A stretch of DNA of 63,027 nt, the filler included, from Anaerolineae bacterium (GTDB taxonomy: Bacteria; Chloroflexota; Anaerolineae; Epilineales; Epilineaceae): the NCBI GenBank assembly GCA_029262755.1. It is 7 parts of 7 records of this genome, joined end to end, with 100 filler letters (N's around TTAATTAATTAA, not from the genome) between each part and the next. Parts side by side here need not be neighbours in the genome. Positions count along the whole stretch, not along the records: positions 1 to 7,810 come from JAJCYU010000092.1; positions 7,911 to 17,993 come from JAJCYU010000094.1; 5 more parts are not named here. One strand, written 5' to 3'. The translations under genes were made by a program, and so were the position numbers. The notes beneath the pieces were generated by a model that searched no databases, had not been told where the DNA came from, and was given only the letters and a program-made list of their open reading frames with translations. This document shows positions 1 to 9,937 of the stretch, piece by piece (within the stretch, counting starts at the first letter, position 1; the number at the start of each line of letters is the position of its first letter).

Positions 1-507
1 CGCCTGGACCGCGGCGCCGATGGCGTCCACGTCGTGGATCCGTCCCAGGAACTGCAGATCGTCTGCATCAAAACTCTGCGCGCCGATGCTCAATCGGTTC
101 ACGCCGGCTGCGCGCAATCGCTCGAAGCGCGCGGCGTCCGACGAGCCGGGGTTCGCCTCGCACGGGATCTCCGCGTCGATCGCGACATCGAGATGCTCCC
201 GTATCGTTTGCAAGATGCGGTCGAGCTGCTCGCTATCGAGGACGGTCGGTGTGCCGCCGCCCAAGAACACCGAATGCACCGGGCGACCGTCCGACTGCGG
301 TGCGCGAAGCACGATCTCCGCGCACAATGCGTCGACGAAGTCCTGGTGCAGATCATCGATGCCGGCGTAGGTATTGAAATCGCAGTACGGGCACTTGCGG
401 GCACAAAACGGGACGTGCACGTACAGCCCGATGCTCGCCGGTGCCTGCGCGCGGATCGCACTCAGGTCCGACCCGAGTGGAGACGCCAAGAGAGATGGTT
501 CGTTCAT
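1..507 (-). CDS. hemW: Radical SAM heme chaperone HemW/HemN-like protein (3' end truncated by window edge)
   Basis: Not in the ORF track. Manual translation gives GLYVHVPFCARKCPYCDFNTY (CxxxCxxC), VFLGGGTPT, EANP and GVNRLSIGAQSFD. An alternative in-frame ATG lies at 534. Confidence 0.9.
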   Translation of the reverse strand, partial: MNEPSLLASPLGSDLSAIRAQAPASIGLYVHVPFCARKCPYCDFNTYAGIDDLHQDFVDALCAEIVLRAPQSDGRPVHSVFLGGGTPTVLDSEQLDRILQTIREHLDVAIDAEIPCEANPGSSDAARFERLRAAGVNRLSIGAQSFDADDLQFLGRIHDVDAIGAAVQA

Positions 508-691
508 GGCTGGAAGTATGGTCCGCGTAGCCATGCCATCCAATCATCACGGCTAACTGCGGATTGGCCTGCACGGCGCACGTTGCTACGCTTGCGCGCC
601 GCAGGTTGCCGCCCCGATTCCGCACCGATGCCGCCTCCCATGATCGCTCCCTTTGACGCGGTCGCGCACCACGACCCCTAGGAGCAAGCCG

Positions 692-1615
692 ATGCTGGCG
701 CCGGAGGCCGTGCGCTCGACCACAGCCGCGCTGATGAAGCGTGCGACGCTGGTGCACGTCGACGATGCCGCGTGCGTGCGGCTCGCGGAGACCATCTCGT
801 CCCGACCCAATCGGGCGGAGTGGGATCCGGCGGATCACTTCGTGGACGGCGGCCCGGCGACCTTGCGCTATTTGCTCGTGCTGGATGCGCTCAACTTCTG
901 CTTTTGGCCCGACGAGGGCTTCGAGTACGGGCATCTGGCTCGTGGCCTGCGTGAGGTGGCGCAACAAGCACCCGCGGAGCTCGAGGCTTCGTTCTTGGCC
1001 GCCATCGATTCGGCTACCGTCGCCGGCTGGTTCGGCCGAGAGCTCTGCCTGCTCGATGAGCGTTCGCGGCTGCTGCGGGAGCTCGGGGCCGTGCTCTTGG
1101 ATCGCTTCGAAGGGCAAGCGATCCACCTTGTACGGGCGGCCTGTGGCTCTAGTGCGCGGCTCGCCGGTCTGGTTGCGGAGAGTTTTCCGGGTTTTCGTGA
1201 CCACGCGGTACATGGAGGTCGGCAAGTATTCCTGTACAAGCGCGCGCAGATTTTTGCGGCGGACGTCTGGGGCGCCTTCCAAGGAAAGGGTCTTGGCGAG
1301 AGCGAAGACATCGGAGCGCTCACGACGTTCGCGGACTACCGGGTGCCCCAGATTCTGCGCGCGGAGGGTGCCATCGTCGTAGACGCCACGTCCGCCGCGC
1401 ACATCGAGGCGGGCCTCGCGGTAGACGCCGGCTCCACGCTCGAAGTGGAGATCCGGGCCGCCACCGTCCAGGCCGTCGAACGGATCCGCCACCATGCGGC
1501 GAATCACGGCGCGGCGCGTTCCGCCGTGGAGATCGACTGGTGGCTGTGGCACCATGCAGAGGCTACTGCGGACGATCTGCCGCCCCACCATCGCACGCTC
1601 AGCCTGTTCTACTAG
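692..1615 (+). CDS. qng1: Queuosine salvage protein, Qng1/DUF2419 family (queuosine 5'-phosphate N-glycosylase/hydrolase)
   Basis: Motifs LDALNFCFW, YKRAQI, LTTFADYRVPQIL, EVEIRAA, IDWWLW and terminal HHRTLSLFY. AGGAG RBS at 680-684 before ATG 692. Confidence 0.9.
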   Translation: MLAPEAVRSTTAALMKRATLVHVDDAACVRLAETISSRPNRAEWDPADHFVDGGPATLRYLLVLDALNFCFWPDEGFEYGHLARGLREVAQQAPAELEASFLAAIDSATVAGWFGRELCLLDERSRLLRELGAVLLDRFEGQAIHLVRAACGSSARLAGLVAESFPGFRDHAVHGGRQVFLYKRAQIFAADVWGAFQGKGLGESEDIGALTTFADYRVPQILRAEGAIVVDATSAAHIEAGLAVDAGSTLEVEIRAATVQAVERIRHHAANHGAARSAVEIDWWLWHHAEATADDLPPHHRTLSLFY

Positions 1616-1634
1616 TGATGAGGGCCCCCACACC

Positions 1635-2915
1635 ATGACGGACGGATTCGAGTTTCGCGTTGAGCAAAAAGAGGGCGACGCGCGTCGCGCAGCCTGGGCG
1701 ACGCCGCACGGCGTTGTGGCGACGCCTGCCTTCGTGGCCGTCGGAACGTCGGCGGCTGTGAAGTCCATGACGCCGGGCGATCTAAGCACCGTTGGCCAAC
1801 AAGCTGTCTTCGCAAACACCTACCACCTTGCTCTTCGGCCAGGAGCGGATCTGGTGGCCCAGATGGGCGGTCTCCACCGATTCATGGCCTGGGACAAACC
1901 GATCTTCACCGACTCCGGGGGCTATCAGGTCTTCAGCTTGGGGGCGAGCATCGAGCAGAACGTGGGCAAGATCGGCGTCTTCCCCGGCGATTCGCCGCCG
2001 CACAGGGGCCCAGGCGCGAATGGTGATCGCTCCATGGTGCGCATCGACGAGGACGGGGTTTCGTTCCGCAGCCACCTCGACGGCAGCGCGGAGCGGCTTA
2101 CGCCGGAACGATCGATTGCGTTGCAGCGGCAGCTAGGGGCGGATTGCATCCTTGCATTCGACGAGTGCACGTCACCCCTGCACGACGAGGCCTATACGCG
2201 GGAAGCCGCGGAACGAACGCACCGGTGGGCGCGTCGCAGCCTGGACGCGTTCCACAGTTCTTCCCCACCAAACGGCCTCCCCCAGGCACTCTACGGAATC
2301 GTCCAGGGGGGATGGTTCGAAGGGCTTCGCATGGAGAGCGCGGATGCCATCGCGGCCATGGAGTTTGATGGGATGGCGATCGGCGGCTCATTGGGGCGCA
2401 CCAAGGCGGATATGCGACGTGTGCTCGAGATCACGATGCCGGCGCTGCCGGAGGCGCTGCCGAGGCATCTGCTCGGGATCGGGGAGGTGCCCGATATCTT
2501 CGCAGCAGTCGCGCGCGGAGTCGATACCTTCGATTGTGTCGCGCCCACCCGCAACGCGCGCAACGCGGGGTTGCTCATGCGGTCGCTCGACGGTGAAGCC
2601 CTCCCCAAGTTTCGATCCAATCTGCGAAACGCACGCTTCGCGCGTGACGAGCGGCCCGTGGATGCAACATGTCCGTGTACGCTGTGCACGAACCACACCC
2701 GTGCGTATGTGCGCCATCTGTTCAAGGCGGAGCCTCTGCTCGCGTGCCGGCTGGGTACGTTGCACAATCTCACGTTCATGAATCGCATGATGTCGGACGT
2801 ACGCGCGGCCCTCGCGGAAGGCCGTTTCGAGCAGCTGGCCATCGAGTGGCTTGGGCAGCGTGAGGCAGAGATCCTGCTTCAGCCGGCGCCGAGAATCGAT
2901 GCGTCGATACCCTAG
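1635..2915 (+). CDS. tgt: tRNA-guanine transglycosylase
   Basis: NTYHL, TDSGGYQVFSL, AFDEC, GIVQGG, HLLGIG, DTFDCVAPTRNARN and Zn site CPCTLC...H. Start reassigned to ATG 1635. Confidence 0.95.
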   Translation: MTDGFEFRVEQKEGDARRAAWATPHGVVATPAFVAVGTSAAVKSMTPGDLSTVGQQAVFANTYHLALRPGADLVAQMGGLHRFMAWDKPIFTDSGGYQVFSLGASIEQNVGKIGVFPGDSPPHRGPGANGDRSMVRIDEDGVSFRSHLDGSAERLTPERSIALQRQLGADCILAFDECTSPLHDEAYTREAAERTHRWARRSLDAFHSSSPPNGLPQALYGIVQGGWFEGLRMESADAIAAMEFDGMAIGGSLGRTKADMRRVLEITMPALPEALPRHLLGIGEVPDIFAAVARGVDTFDCVAPTRNARNAGLLMRSLDGEALPKFRSNLRNARFARDERPVDATCPCTLCTNHTRAYVRHLFKAEPLLACRLGTLHNLTFMNRMMSDVRAALAEGRFEQLAIEWLGQREAEILLQPAPRIDASIP

Positions 2916-2924
2916 GGGGGCCGC

Positions 2925-3554
2925 ATGAGTACGTCGCAGGAACCATCGCAGGGGAACCGCAGCGCCAGCCGGATGAGCGCACTCGTCACCGCAGCGATTC
3001 TCATCAATCTGGCGGGCGGCGAGATCGTGAGCGTATTGCGGTTGCCCGTCTACGGAGATAGCGTCGGCACCGTCGTGGCCGGCGCGCTCGGCGGTCCGTT
3101 GACCGGCGCATTCGCGGGCGCGCTGACCAATATTGTTTGGTCGTTGCTCGGACGGCCGGGGGCAGCCGCGTTCGCCATCACAGCCGCTGCGATCGGCATG
3201 ATCGCGGGGATCAGCGCTCAGCGTGGCTGGCTACGCACACCGCCCCGCGTGGCTGTCACCGGCCTAATCACCGGTGTGCTGGCTGCCGTGATCAGTGCCC
3301 CGATCGCTACCTACGTCTATGGTGGGGTAACCGGCGGCGGCACGGATGCGGTCGTGGCCTTCTTCCGCGGAATGGGTGCGAGCATCCTCGAGGCCAGCCT
3401 CGGTCAGGGCATCGTCAGCGACCCGCTGGACAAACTCGTCACCTTTCTCCTTGCCTGGTTGGTCTTGCGCGCCATGCCGCGCCACTTGTTGCTGCGCTAT
3501 CCGGGCGGCACGCTCTTCGATCGCGCTGATCCCGAGGCCATCGTCGACGCGTGA
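2925..3554 (+). CDS. ECF transporter substrate-binding (S) component
   Basis: About 200-aa hydrophobic protein with LPVYGDSVGTVVAGALGGP and DPLDK motifs, directly followed by T and A components. Confidence 0.85.
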   Translation: MSTSQEPSQGNRSASRMSALVTAAILINLAGGEIVSVLRLPVYGDSVGTVVAGALGGPLTGAFAGALTNIVWSLLGRPGAAAFAITAAAIGMIAGISAQRGWLRTPPRVAVTGLITGVLAAVISAPIATYVYGGVTGGGTDAVVAFFRGMGASILEASLGQGIVSDPLDKLVTFLLAWLVLRAMPRHLLLRYPGGTLFDRADPEAIVDA

Positions 3555-4357
3555 AATCGGAGTCGCTTGCCCGCACCGTTTGGCACCCCGCCACCAGCCT
3601 CGCCCTAGCGCTCTGCATCGCCCTCGTCGCGTTCGTCCCATGGGCCGCGATGTCGCACGGACGCTTCGCGCCCTTGTTCCTGACCCTGATACCGGGGAGC
3701 CTCGCGGTCTGGGCGGGACCGCCTGTATTCGCTCGGTGGCTACGAGGCATGGCGATTGCATGGCTTCCATTGGCCGTGTCGATGCTGCTCGTGCACGGCC
3801 TCTTCTACCCGGAGGGCATCGATGTCCTGTGGTCCTGGGGCTGGCTGCGCGTGACACGTGAGGGATGGCTGTTCGGCGCGGGTCTTGCCGCCCGCTTCGC
3901 ATTGGCCGTGTCGGGGATCGTCCTCGCGTCCGCCCTGCATTCTGCGGCCGATCTCGCCCGGGGGCTCGAGCAGTCAGGGCTCCCGCTCCGATGGACCTAT
4001 CCGCTGCGTGCCACGATCGGTTTGTTGCCCGCCGCGCGCCGCAGGGCGACGGCCATCCAGGACGCCCAGGCGGCGCGCGGGCTTGCTGCGGGGAGCCTGT
4101 TCCAACGCGTCCGAGCCTTGCCGCCGCGGATCGTGCCGTTCGCGGTCGGACTACTCTCCGAGGCGGATGTGCGTGCCCAGGCACTGGCCCTTCGGGGCAT
4201 GGATAGCGCCGTCCGCCCGACGTCCATCGCGCCGTGGACCGACTCGTCGCGCCAGCGGATGCTGCGTCGTGCGTTGATCGGCGGTGGGCTGCTTGTCTTG
4301 GTGCTGAGCCATGCCCTGCTGGCGGGCATCGCGGTGCGCGCCCTGTCCGGCCGCTGA
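3551..4357 (+). CDS. ECF transporter transmembrane (T) component
   Basis: CbiQ/EcfT-like, with two ARG-type motifs (AQAARG, ALALRG). GTGA overlap with the S gene. Confidence 0.85.
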   Translation: MKSESLARTVWHPATSLALALCIALVAFVPWAAMSHGRFAPLFLTLIPGSLAVWAGPPVFARWLRGMAIAWLPLAVSMLLVHGLFYPEGIDVLWSWGWLRVTREGWLFGAGLAARFALAVSGIVLASALHSAADLARGLEQSGLPLRWTYPLRATIGLLPAARRRATAIQDAQAARGLAAGSLFQRVRALPPRIVPFAVGLLSEADVRAQALALRGMDSAVRPTSIAPWTDSSRQRMLRRALIGGGLLVLVLSHALLAGIAVRALSGR

Positions 4358-4380
4358 TGGTCGGCCGCTGATGGTCGGCC
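4348..4380. repeat. 14-bp tandem duplication (CGGCCGCTGATGGT x2.4) at the ecfT/ecfA junction
   Basis: Exact copies at 4348-4361 and 4362-4375, partial copy at 4376-4380. Confidence 0.85.
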
Positions 4381-6209
4381 CACGAAGCGACCGCTCGACA
4401 CTGCTTGTGGTCGACGGTTTGCACTATCACGTGCCGGGACGTGCTTCGGCCGTGGTAGACAACGTCTCGTTCGCGCTGCAACCGGAGCAGATCTGCATTC
4501 TTCTGGGCGCGGAAGGATCCGGCCGCAGCAGCCTGCTCGCGGCCTGCGCCGGGCTTGCGCCTGCGCTGTTGGGCGGTCGCGTCGACGGCGAACGATCGAT
4601 GCCTGAACCCTCCGGACGGATGCACTGCGACCGCGTGCCGCTCGAACGGTGGACCCGTGAAATGAGCCTCATCCTGGACGATCCTGCTTCCATGCTTTCG
4701 GGTGCGCGTGACACGGTGCGTGAGGAAGTCGCCTTCGGTCTCGCGTGTCGCGGCACGGAGCGTGTGGCGATGGCCCGGACGGTCGACGCTACCCTGGCCG
4801 CGCTTGCGATCGAGCACCTCAGCGCGCGCGATCCGAGCACCTTGTCGGGCGGCGAAATGGCGCGCGTCGTGCTGGCCGCCACGCTCGTGGTCGACCCCCA
4901 CGTGCTGTTGGTCGACGAGGCGGAAGCATCGTTGGATGCCGCGGGTAGGGAGCTCTTCGTCGCTGCCCTGGCTAGGCGCGCCGCATCGGGAAACGCGGTC
5001 CTGTGGGCGCCGTCATCGGTGGAACACGCATCGTGGCCGGACGCGGGGCTTCGCGGGGAACGAGCCCCAAGGCCGGCCGAGCTCGCGACGCCAGCCCAAA
5101 GGGCAAAACCGAATCATCCGACGGCAATACCGGCCTGGGCTGACGGCGGCCTGCTGCTGGCAGGGGGAAGCTGCGTCGGGCGGGCCTCTGGGGACGCATG
5201 GTGGCAGGGTCTCCACCTTCCCAGGGCCGGGGTGAATGCGCCGCTGCTCGCGCGGTGGCAACAGCGGGCTGCGGCGGATCGCAGCGCCTCGTCCAGCCTC
5301 GGTCCCGTCCACGTATACAACGCCGAGGATTCCGGTTCCGGCATGGGACGAGCGCGGTTGCGAACCGACCATTTGTCGCAGAGCCTAGTCGCCCTTGCGC
5401 CGGAACGCAGCGGTGGCCTGTACGTTCGAGACCTGCGCGCCGAACGCGATGGCGTCGGCGCGGTCGTTCACGACGTTTCGTTCGACGTTGCGCCTGGTGA
5501 GGTGCTGGCTGTGATCGGAGCCAATGGCAGCGGCAAGTCGAGCCTGTTGCAGGCACTGCTCGGCCTCGGCCCGCGGTCCGCGGGCCGGATCCGCGTCGGA
5601 GGCCGGACGCTGGACGGCCGCGAAACCGCGCTTCGAGCGCGGGAAATCGGGCTTGTGTGGCAACGGAGTGAGGATCAACTCTTCGCGCGCAGCGTCTCGT
5701 TGGAGGTCGGCTTCGGACCCCGGGCCCTGGGGGGGCGCGGAGAGCGTCTCGCAGAGACAGTCGCCTGCGCCTTGCGCGCATCCGGTCTGGAGCGCATGGC
5801 GGACACGCATCCGTTGGACCTTGGGCGCGGCGCTCGCCGCCGCGTAACGATTGCCGCCGCGCTGGCAATGCGAACGCCGGTGCTGGCCCTCGACGAGCCC
5901 GAGCGCGGTCTCGACGAAGAGGGCCGGACCTGGCTCGTCGCGCTGCTGCGGGGTCTTGCGGACAGCGGCCGGACCGTCGTCGTGGCGTCCCATGACATGG
6001 ACGTCTTGGGACGCGTCGCCGATCGCGTCCTGGTCATGGCCCATGGCGTTGGAATCGCCGACGGACCCGCGCGGCGGATCCTGCGCGATCGAGAGCTCCT
6101 TGCCACGCACGGGCTGGCCGCGGCTCCGGCTGTCGTACTCGGCCAAGCGCTCGCCAGCGATCCGGTTCCCTTGCACGGGGATGCCTTGTTGGAAGCCGCT
6201 CTTGGGTAG
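4371..6209 (+). CDS. ECF transporter fused double ATPase (A-A')
   Basis: Domain 1 has GAEGSGRS, LSGGE and LLVDE. Domain 2 has GANGSGKS, LALDEP and SHD. Start taken at ATG 4371. Confidence 0.85.
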   Translation: MVGPRSDRSTLLVVDGLHYHVPGRASAVVDNVSFALQPEQICILLGAEGSGRSSLLAACAGLAPALLGGRVDGERSMPEPSGRMHCDRVPLERWTREMSLILDDPASMLSGARDTVREEVAFGLACRGTERVAMARTVDATLAALAIEHLSARDPSTLSGGEMARVVLAATLVVDPHVLLVDEAEASLDAAGRELFVAALARRAASGNAVLWAPSSVEHASWPDAGLRGERAPRPAELATPAQRAKPNHPTAIPAWADGGLLLAGGSCVGRASGDAWWQGLHLPRAGVNAPLLARWQQRAAADRSASSSLGPVHVYNAEDSGSGMGRARLRTDHLSQSLVALAPERSGGLYVRDLRAERDGVGAVVHDVSFDVAPGEVLAVIGANGSGKSSLLQALLGLGPRSAGRIRVGGRTLDGRETALRAREIGLVWQRSEDQLFARSVSLEVGFGPRALGGRGERLAETVACALRASGLERMADTHPLDLGRGARRRVTIAAALAMRTPVLALDEPERGLDEEGRTWLVALLRGLADSGRTVVVASHDMDVLGRVADRVLVMAHGVGIADGPARRILRDRELLATHGLAAAPAVVLGQALASDPVPLHGDALLEAALG

Positions 6210-6410
6210 CATGCCATTCGTTCTCCGCGCGTTCAGTCGTACCAGGAGTCTCTCTGGTCCACAAGATCCCGATCGGCGAGCGACGTTGCCATCGGAAGCG
6301 ATCGGATCAACGATACGGACGGGATTCATCGCCCTGACTATCATCTGTGCAATGCCACGACCCCGACCTCGACCCGACCTCGATGGCCGCTCATTGCACG
6401 GGAGGCCCGA

Positions 6411-7199
6411 TTGCACCCTCAACGGCTTCGATCACCGCGCTTGGCTGCGCTTGCCGCCCATGTTCCCAACGATGCGCAAATCGCCGATATCGGCGCCGAT
6501 CACGCCCTGCTGCCTTGCCATCTGGCGGCGCTGGGTCGCATCACGCAGGCCGTCGCGGTCGACATTCGCCCGCAGGCGTTGGCCCTAGCCCGCCGCAACG
6601 CACAGCGATGGGCCGTCGCGGATCGGGTCGCGGTGCGCGATGGCGATGGGCTTTCCGCGCTCAGTCCTGGGGATGCCGACACAATCGTGGTCGCTGGAAT
6701 GGGCGGGCCGCGGATCGCAGAAATTCTCGAGCGCGGACCGACCGTGCTTGCCCGGGTCCGAAGGCTTGTGCTGGGGCCACAGAGTGCGGCGTGGCAGCTG
6801 CGGTCGTGGCTTCGTAGCGCAGGTTGGGGACTGCGCGCGGAACAACTCGTCCAGGAAGGGGACCATCACTATCTCGTGCTCGTTGCGGAACCGGGCCAAC
6901 CGAACGAGGCGTATCTGAATGTACGAGCCGGCGGCGTTGACCTTTCTGACGATATGCTCATGATGCTCGGCCCGAGGCTCGTTGCACGGCAGGACCCGCG
7001 ACTCGCGGCCTATTGGCGGCCTACGCTGACCCGCTGGGCGGACACATTGGATGCACTTGGCGCAGCGCCGCGTAGTTCGAACGTCGCCCGCCGCGAGGCC
7101 TTCGTCGCCGCACGGCTTTACCGCGTGCAGCGTGCACTCGAGACAATCGGCGCGGCCCTTGATCAGCCGGCCGAAGCTTCGCCATGGGGGGCGGTATGA
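6411..7199 (+). CDS. trmK: tRNA (adenine22-N1)-methyltransferase
   Basis: SPRL...IADIGADHALLP, GDGLSAL, IVVAGMGG and LVLGP motifs. The TTG start is uncertain. Confidence 0.85.
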   Translation: MHPQRLRSPRLAALAAHVPNDAQIADIGADHALLPCHLAALGRITQAVAVDIRPQALALARRNAQRWAVADRVAVRDGDGLSALSPGDADTIVVAGMGGPRIAEILERGPTVLARVRRLVLGPQSAAWQLRSWLRSAGWGLRAEQLVQEGDHHYLVLVAEPGQPNEAYLNVRAGGVDLSDDMLMMLGPRLVARQDPRLAAYWRPTLTRWADTLDALGAAPRSSNVARREAFVAARLYRVQRALETIGAALDQPAEASPWGAV

Positions 7200-7810
7200 C
7201 GGCAGCGATATTGGGCGATGGCGTTGAATCCGGCCAGCGCGCGGGACCTGTGTCTCCGGGGCGCTCTCCGGGCTGGCAACGCGTACTCCGTATTGTGCTC
7301 CCGATAAGCGTGTTGCTCGTGGGATGCAGTGGAAGGTCCGTGAGCCCGCTGCCATCTCTTGCGGACGGCACGGCCCCCGCGGATATCGAGGCGATCCCGC
7401 AGGGCAACGACGCGGCGCGTGCTCCGGAGTCCGCTCCACATTCGACGACCACGGAGACCGCCCCATCGGGGTCGGCCGTCGCGCGCGAAGCAGCGATCGA
7501 TGTCGTCGACGGCTCGGCAAGGGCGGGGCCGGCTGGCCTACACGTAGCCCAACCGCAGGGCGGGCCCGCGACCTGGGCGCAGGCGCTTGCGCCGTGGGCC
7601 GGGGTGCCAGGCATGGATATCGATGCCACGCTCGAGCGTTGGGCGGCCGCATCAGGAGCGCCCGCGCCGCTGCACCGGTGGTCCTTGAATCGGGAAGGTA
7701 GAGGCTTCTGGGTGGGAATCGTCCACGATTCGTTGGAGGGGGCGGGAGTCGGAGGAGAGCGAGCCGACCTCGCGGCGGCGACCGTTTTGGTCCTCACGCA
7801 GCCGGCTCCC
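7196..7810 (+). CDS. Putative lipoprotein, partial (runs into spacer)
   Basis: ATGA overlap with the trmK stop; VLLVGC lipobox-like sequence. Confidence 0.5.
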
Positions 7811-7910
7811 NNNNNNNNNNNNNNNNNNNNNNNNNNNNNNNNNNNNNNNNNNNNTTAATTAATTAANNNNNNNNNNNNNNNNNNNNNNNNNNNNNNNNNN
7901 NNNNNNNNNN
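7811..7910. other. Artificial contig spacer
   Basis: N44-TTAATTAATTAA-N44 linker with stops in all six frames. Confidence 0.98.
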
Positions 7911-8744
7911 GTAGATCTCGGAGCCGGCCTGATCCTGCCCGCCGGGCAACCATGCGCTGCTGACGTCGGTGAACGCGGTGCCGTCCGAGCGAACCGTGCG
8001 ACCCTCCTCGGCGCGCACGGCACGGATCAGCCAATCTGCGGGAGGACCGTCGGACGGGCGCACGACTTCGAAGACCAACTCCATACGGTCCTCTCTGCGG
8101 CTGCCGTCCGCCTCGCGTCCCACGACCCACAGCGCTTCCTTGACCTCGAGCGCAAGCTGCCCGTCCGGCGCGTCGAGTAGCTGGAGCTCCCAGGTGTGAA
8201 TCTCCGTGGACTCCACCTCGTCAAACTCGGCTAGCCACGCGTCGAAGGCTGCGATCCATGCCGGACCGTCTAGTTCGTCCGCCGCCGCACGCCAGCTCTC
8301 GATGGACAGCCCGGAAGGGCTTCCAAGATCGTCGAGCTCGCGGGCGGTAAAGTCCTCGCCCGCGAAGTCGGGCGTCATCACGTCGGCGACCTCGGCCGGA
8401 AGGGGTCCACCGGCCGTGATCGCGTCGAGCACGATCGCCTTGACGGAGCCGGCCTCGCTGTTGTACTGCTCCGTGGGGAAGCGTGCGTCGAGCTCGGCGA
8501 TATCGACGACTGCCGAATTGCTCGTCGTATCATCCGTCTCGTTTTCCGCGGCCGGATCCACCGCGGCCTCCTCTTCCTGGCCTCCGCTCGGCGCAACATC
8601 CGCCGTTTCCGTCGGCGGAGAGGCGTCTTCGGACGCGCCTCCGTCAGCGCAGGCCACCATTAACAACGCGCCGCAGGCAAGCACGAGACACCATGACGGC
8701 AGCAGGGCGCACAGCGCACCCCTGCGGGTTCTTCTGACACTCAC
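7911..8744 (-). CDS. Acidic lipoprotein, possibly the N-terminal part of an FG-GAP/CRTAC1-like protein (partial)
   Basis: LLMVAC lipobox, GGAG upstream of GTG 8744, and FTDVS motif near the truncation. Confidence 0.5.
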
Positions 8745-8971
8745 GATACAAGCTCCCAAAGCAGGCTGACCGATCCATGCCGGTATAGCCGCGATGGCGG
8801 GGGGCGGGCCGCCGAACCCTGTCATTATGGCGGATATTCGTGGATCGCACACACCCGAATTGCGGTCTCGATCCCAGCCCCGTTGAGGCGCACGGCTATA
8901 CTGACGCGGTTGGATCCCCGTTCCGGCGCGCATTTCTGCCCTGTCCGCGCCCGTCCCGCCTGTGAGCCAGC

Positions 8972-9778
8972 GTGAACCCATCATCTCGCGACCCTAGCAG
9001 CGGCGCCCGCCCTGCTCCCGCCGACGTCCGCATCACAAGCCGCACCCGTTCGCGCATCCCCACCGAACGCGGCGGCTTCACGTTGGTGCTCTACGAGACC
9101 GACTACGACGCGGATCAGCACATGGCGCTGATCCTTGGCGAGATCGGCGACGGCGAGGACGTGCTCGTGCGGGTGCACTCTGAGTGTTTCACCGGCGACG
9201 TCCTCGGCTCCTTGCGCTGCGACTGCGGCCGCCAGTTGGAGCAGGCACTGTCGCTGGTTGCGGCGGAGGGCCGCGGCGTGGTGGTCTACCTGCGCCAGGA
9301 AGGCCGGGGCATCGGCCTGCTGGAGAAGCTACGCGCATACAACCTCCAGGACGAAGGGCTGGACACCGTCGACGCCAACCTCGCCTTGGGACACGGCGCC
9401 GACGAACGCGACTACACGATGGCCGCCGTCCTGCTACGCGATCTCGGCGTGCGCTCCGTACGCCTGCTGACCAACAACCCAGCGAAGATGGAAAGCCTGG
9501 CCGCGCACGGCTTTGCGGTCCGCGAACGCGTGCCCCTCGGCCCCTTCGTCAACGCCGAGAACGCCGGCTACCTCGCCACGAAGGCGCGCCGCATGCGGCA
9601 CATCCTTCCGATGTCCGACGGGGCCGGCGGGGCCGGCGAGGCGGACGGTGTAGGCGGGACAGATGGCGTCGACGGTACCAGCGCAGTCGACGGAGCCGGC
9701 AGGGTCAGCAAGAACGACGGAATCGACGGAACCGGCGGCGTCAGCCGTGGTGACGAGTCGCGGCCCCGCGAGGGGTGA
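8972..9778 (+). CDS. ribA: GTP cyclohydrolase II with Gly-rich C-terminal tail
   Basis: [40 protein letters not shown] and NAGYLATK. Confidence 0.95.
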   Translation: MNPSSRDPSSGARPAPADVRITSRTRSRIPTERGGFTLVLYETDYDADQHMALILGEIGDGEDVLVRVHSECFTGDVLGSLRCDCGRQLEQALSLVAAEGRGVVVYLRQEGRGIGLLEKLRAYNLQDEGLDTVDANLALGHGADERDYTMAAVLLRDLGVRSVRLLTNNPAKMESLAAHGFAVRERVPLGPFVNAENAGYLATKARRMRHILPMSDGAGGAGEADGVGGTDGVDGTSAVDGAGRVSKNDGIDGTGGVSRGDESRPREG

Positions 9779-9937
9779 GGCGCGGAGCGGCATCGCTTGC
9801 AGATCACGCTCCCGTCGACCTGCTACGTCGACGTGACGTTCGCCGGCTGGTCGTTCGGCGCGGTGTAAAACACATCCCCGGCGACCACGCATTCGTCGAT
9901 CGCCAAGCGACCGTTCGCTCCGACTTCGACGATCTGC

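Noticed and set aside
535..691. preQ1 riboswitch upstream of the Q salvage operon
   Set aside because: No preQ1-I stem-loop with A-rich tail or other recognisable class motif.
7811..7910. TTAATTAATTAA palindrome in N runs (six occurrences) as a biological repeat; ORFs ending in X...LIN
   Set aside because: Artificial contig linker. ORFs crossing it and gene adjacency across it are artefacts.
8780..8971. FMN riboswitch upstream of ribA
   Set aside because: No conserved RFN element sequence found.
9613..9778. Gly/Asp-rich RibA tail as an extra domain
   Set aside because: Low-complexity degenerate repeats with no domain signal.
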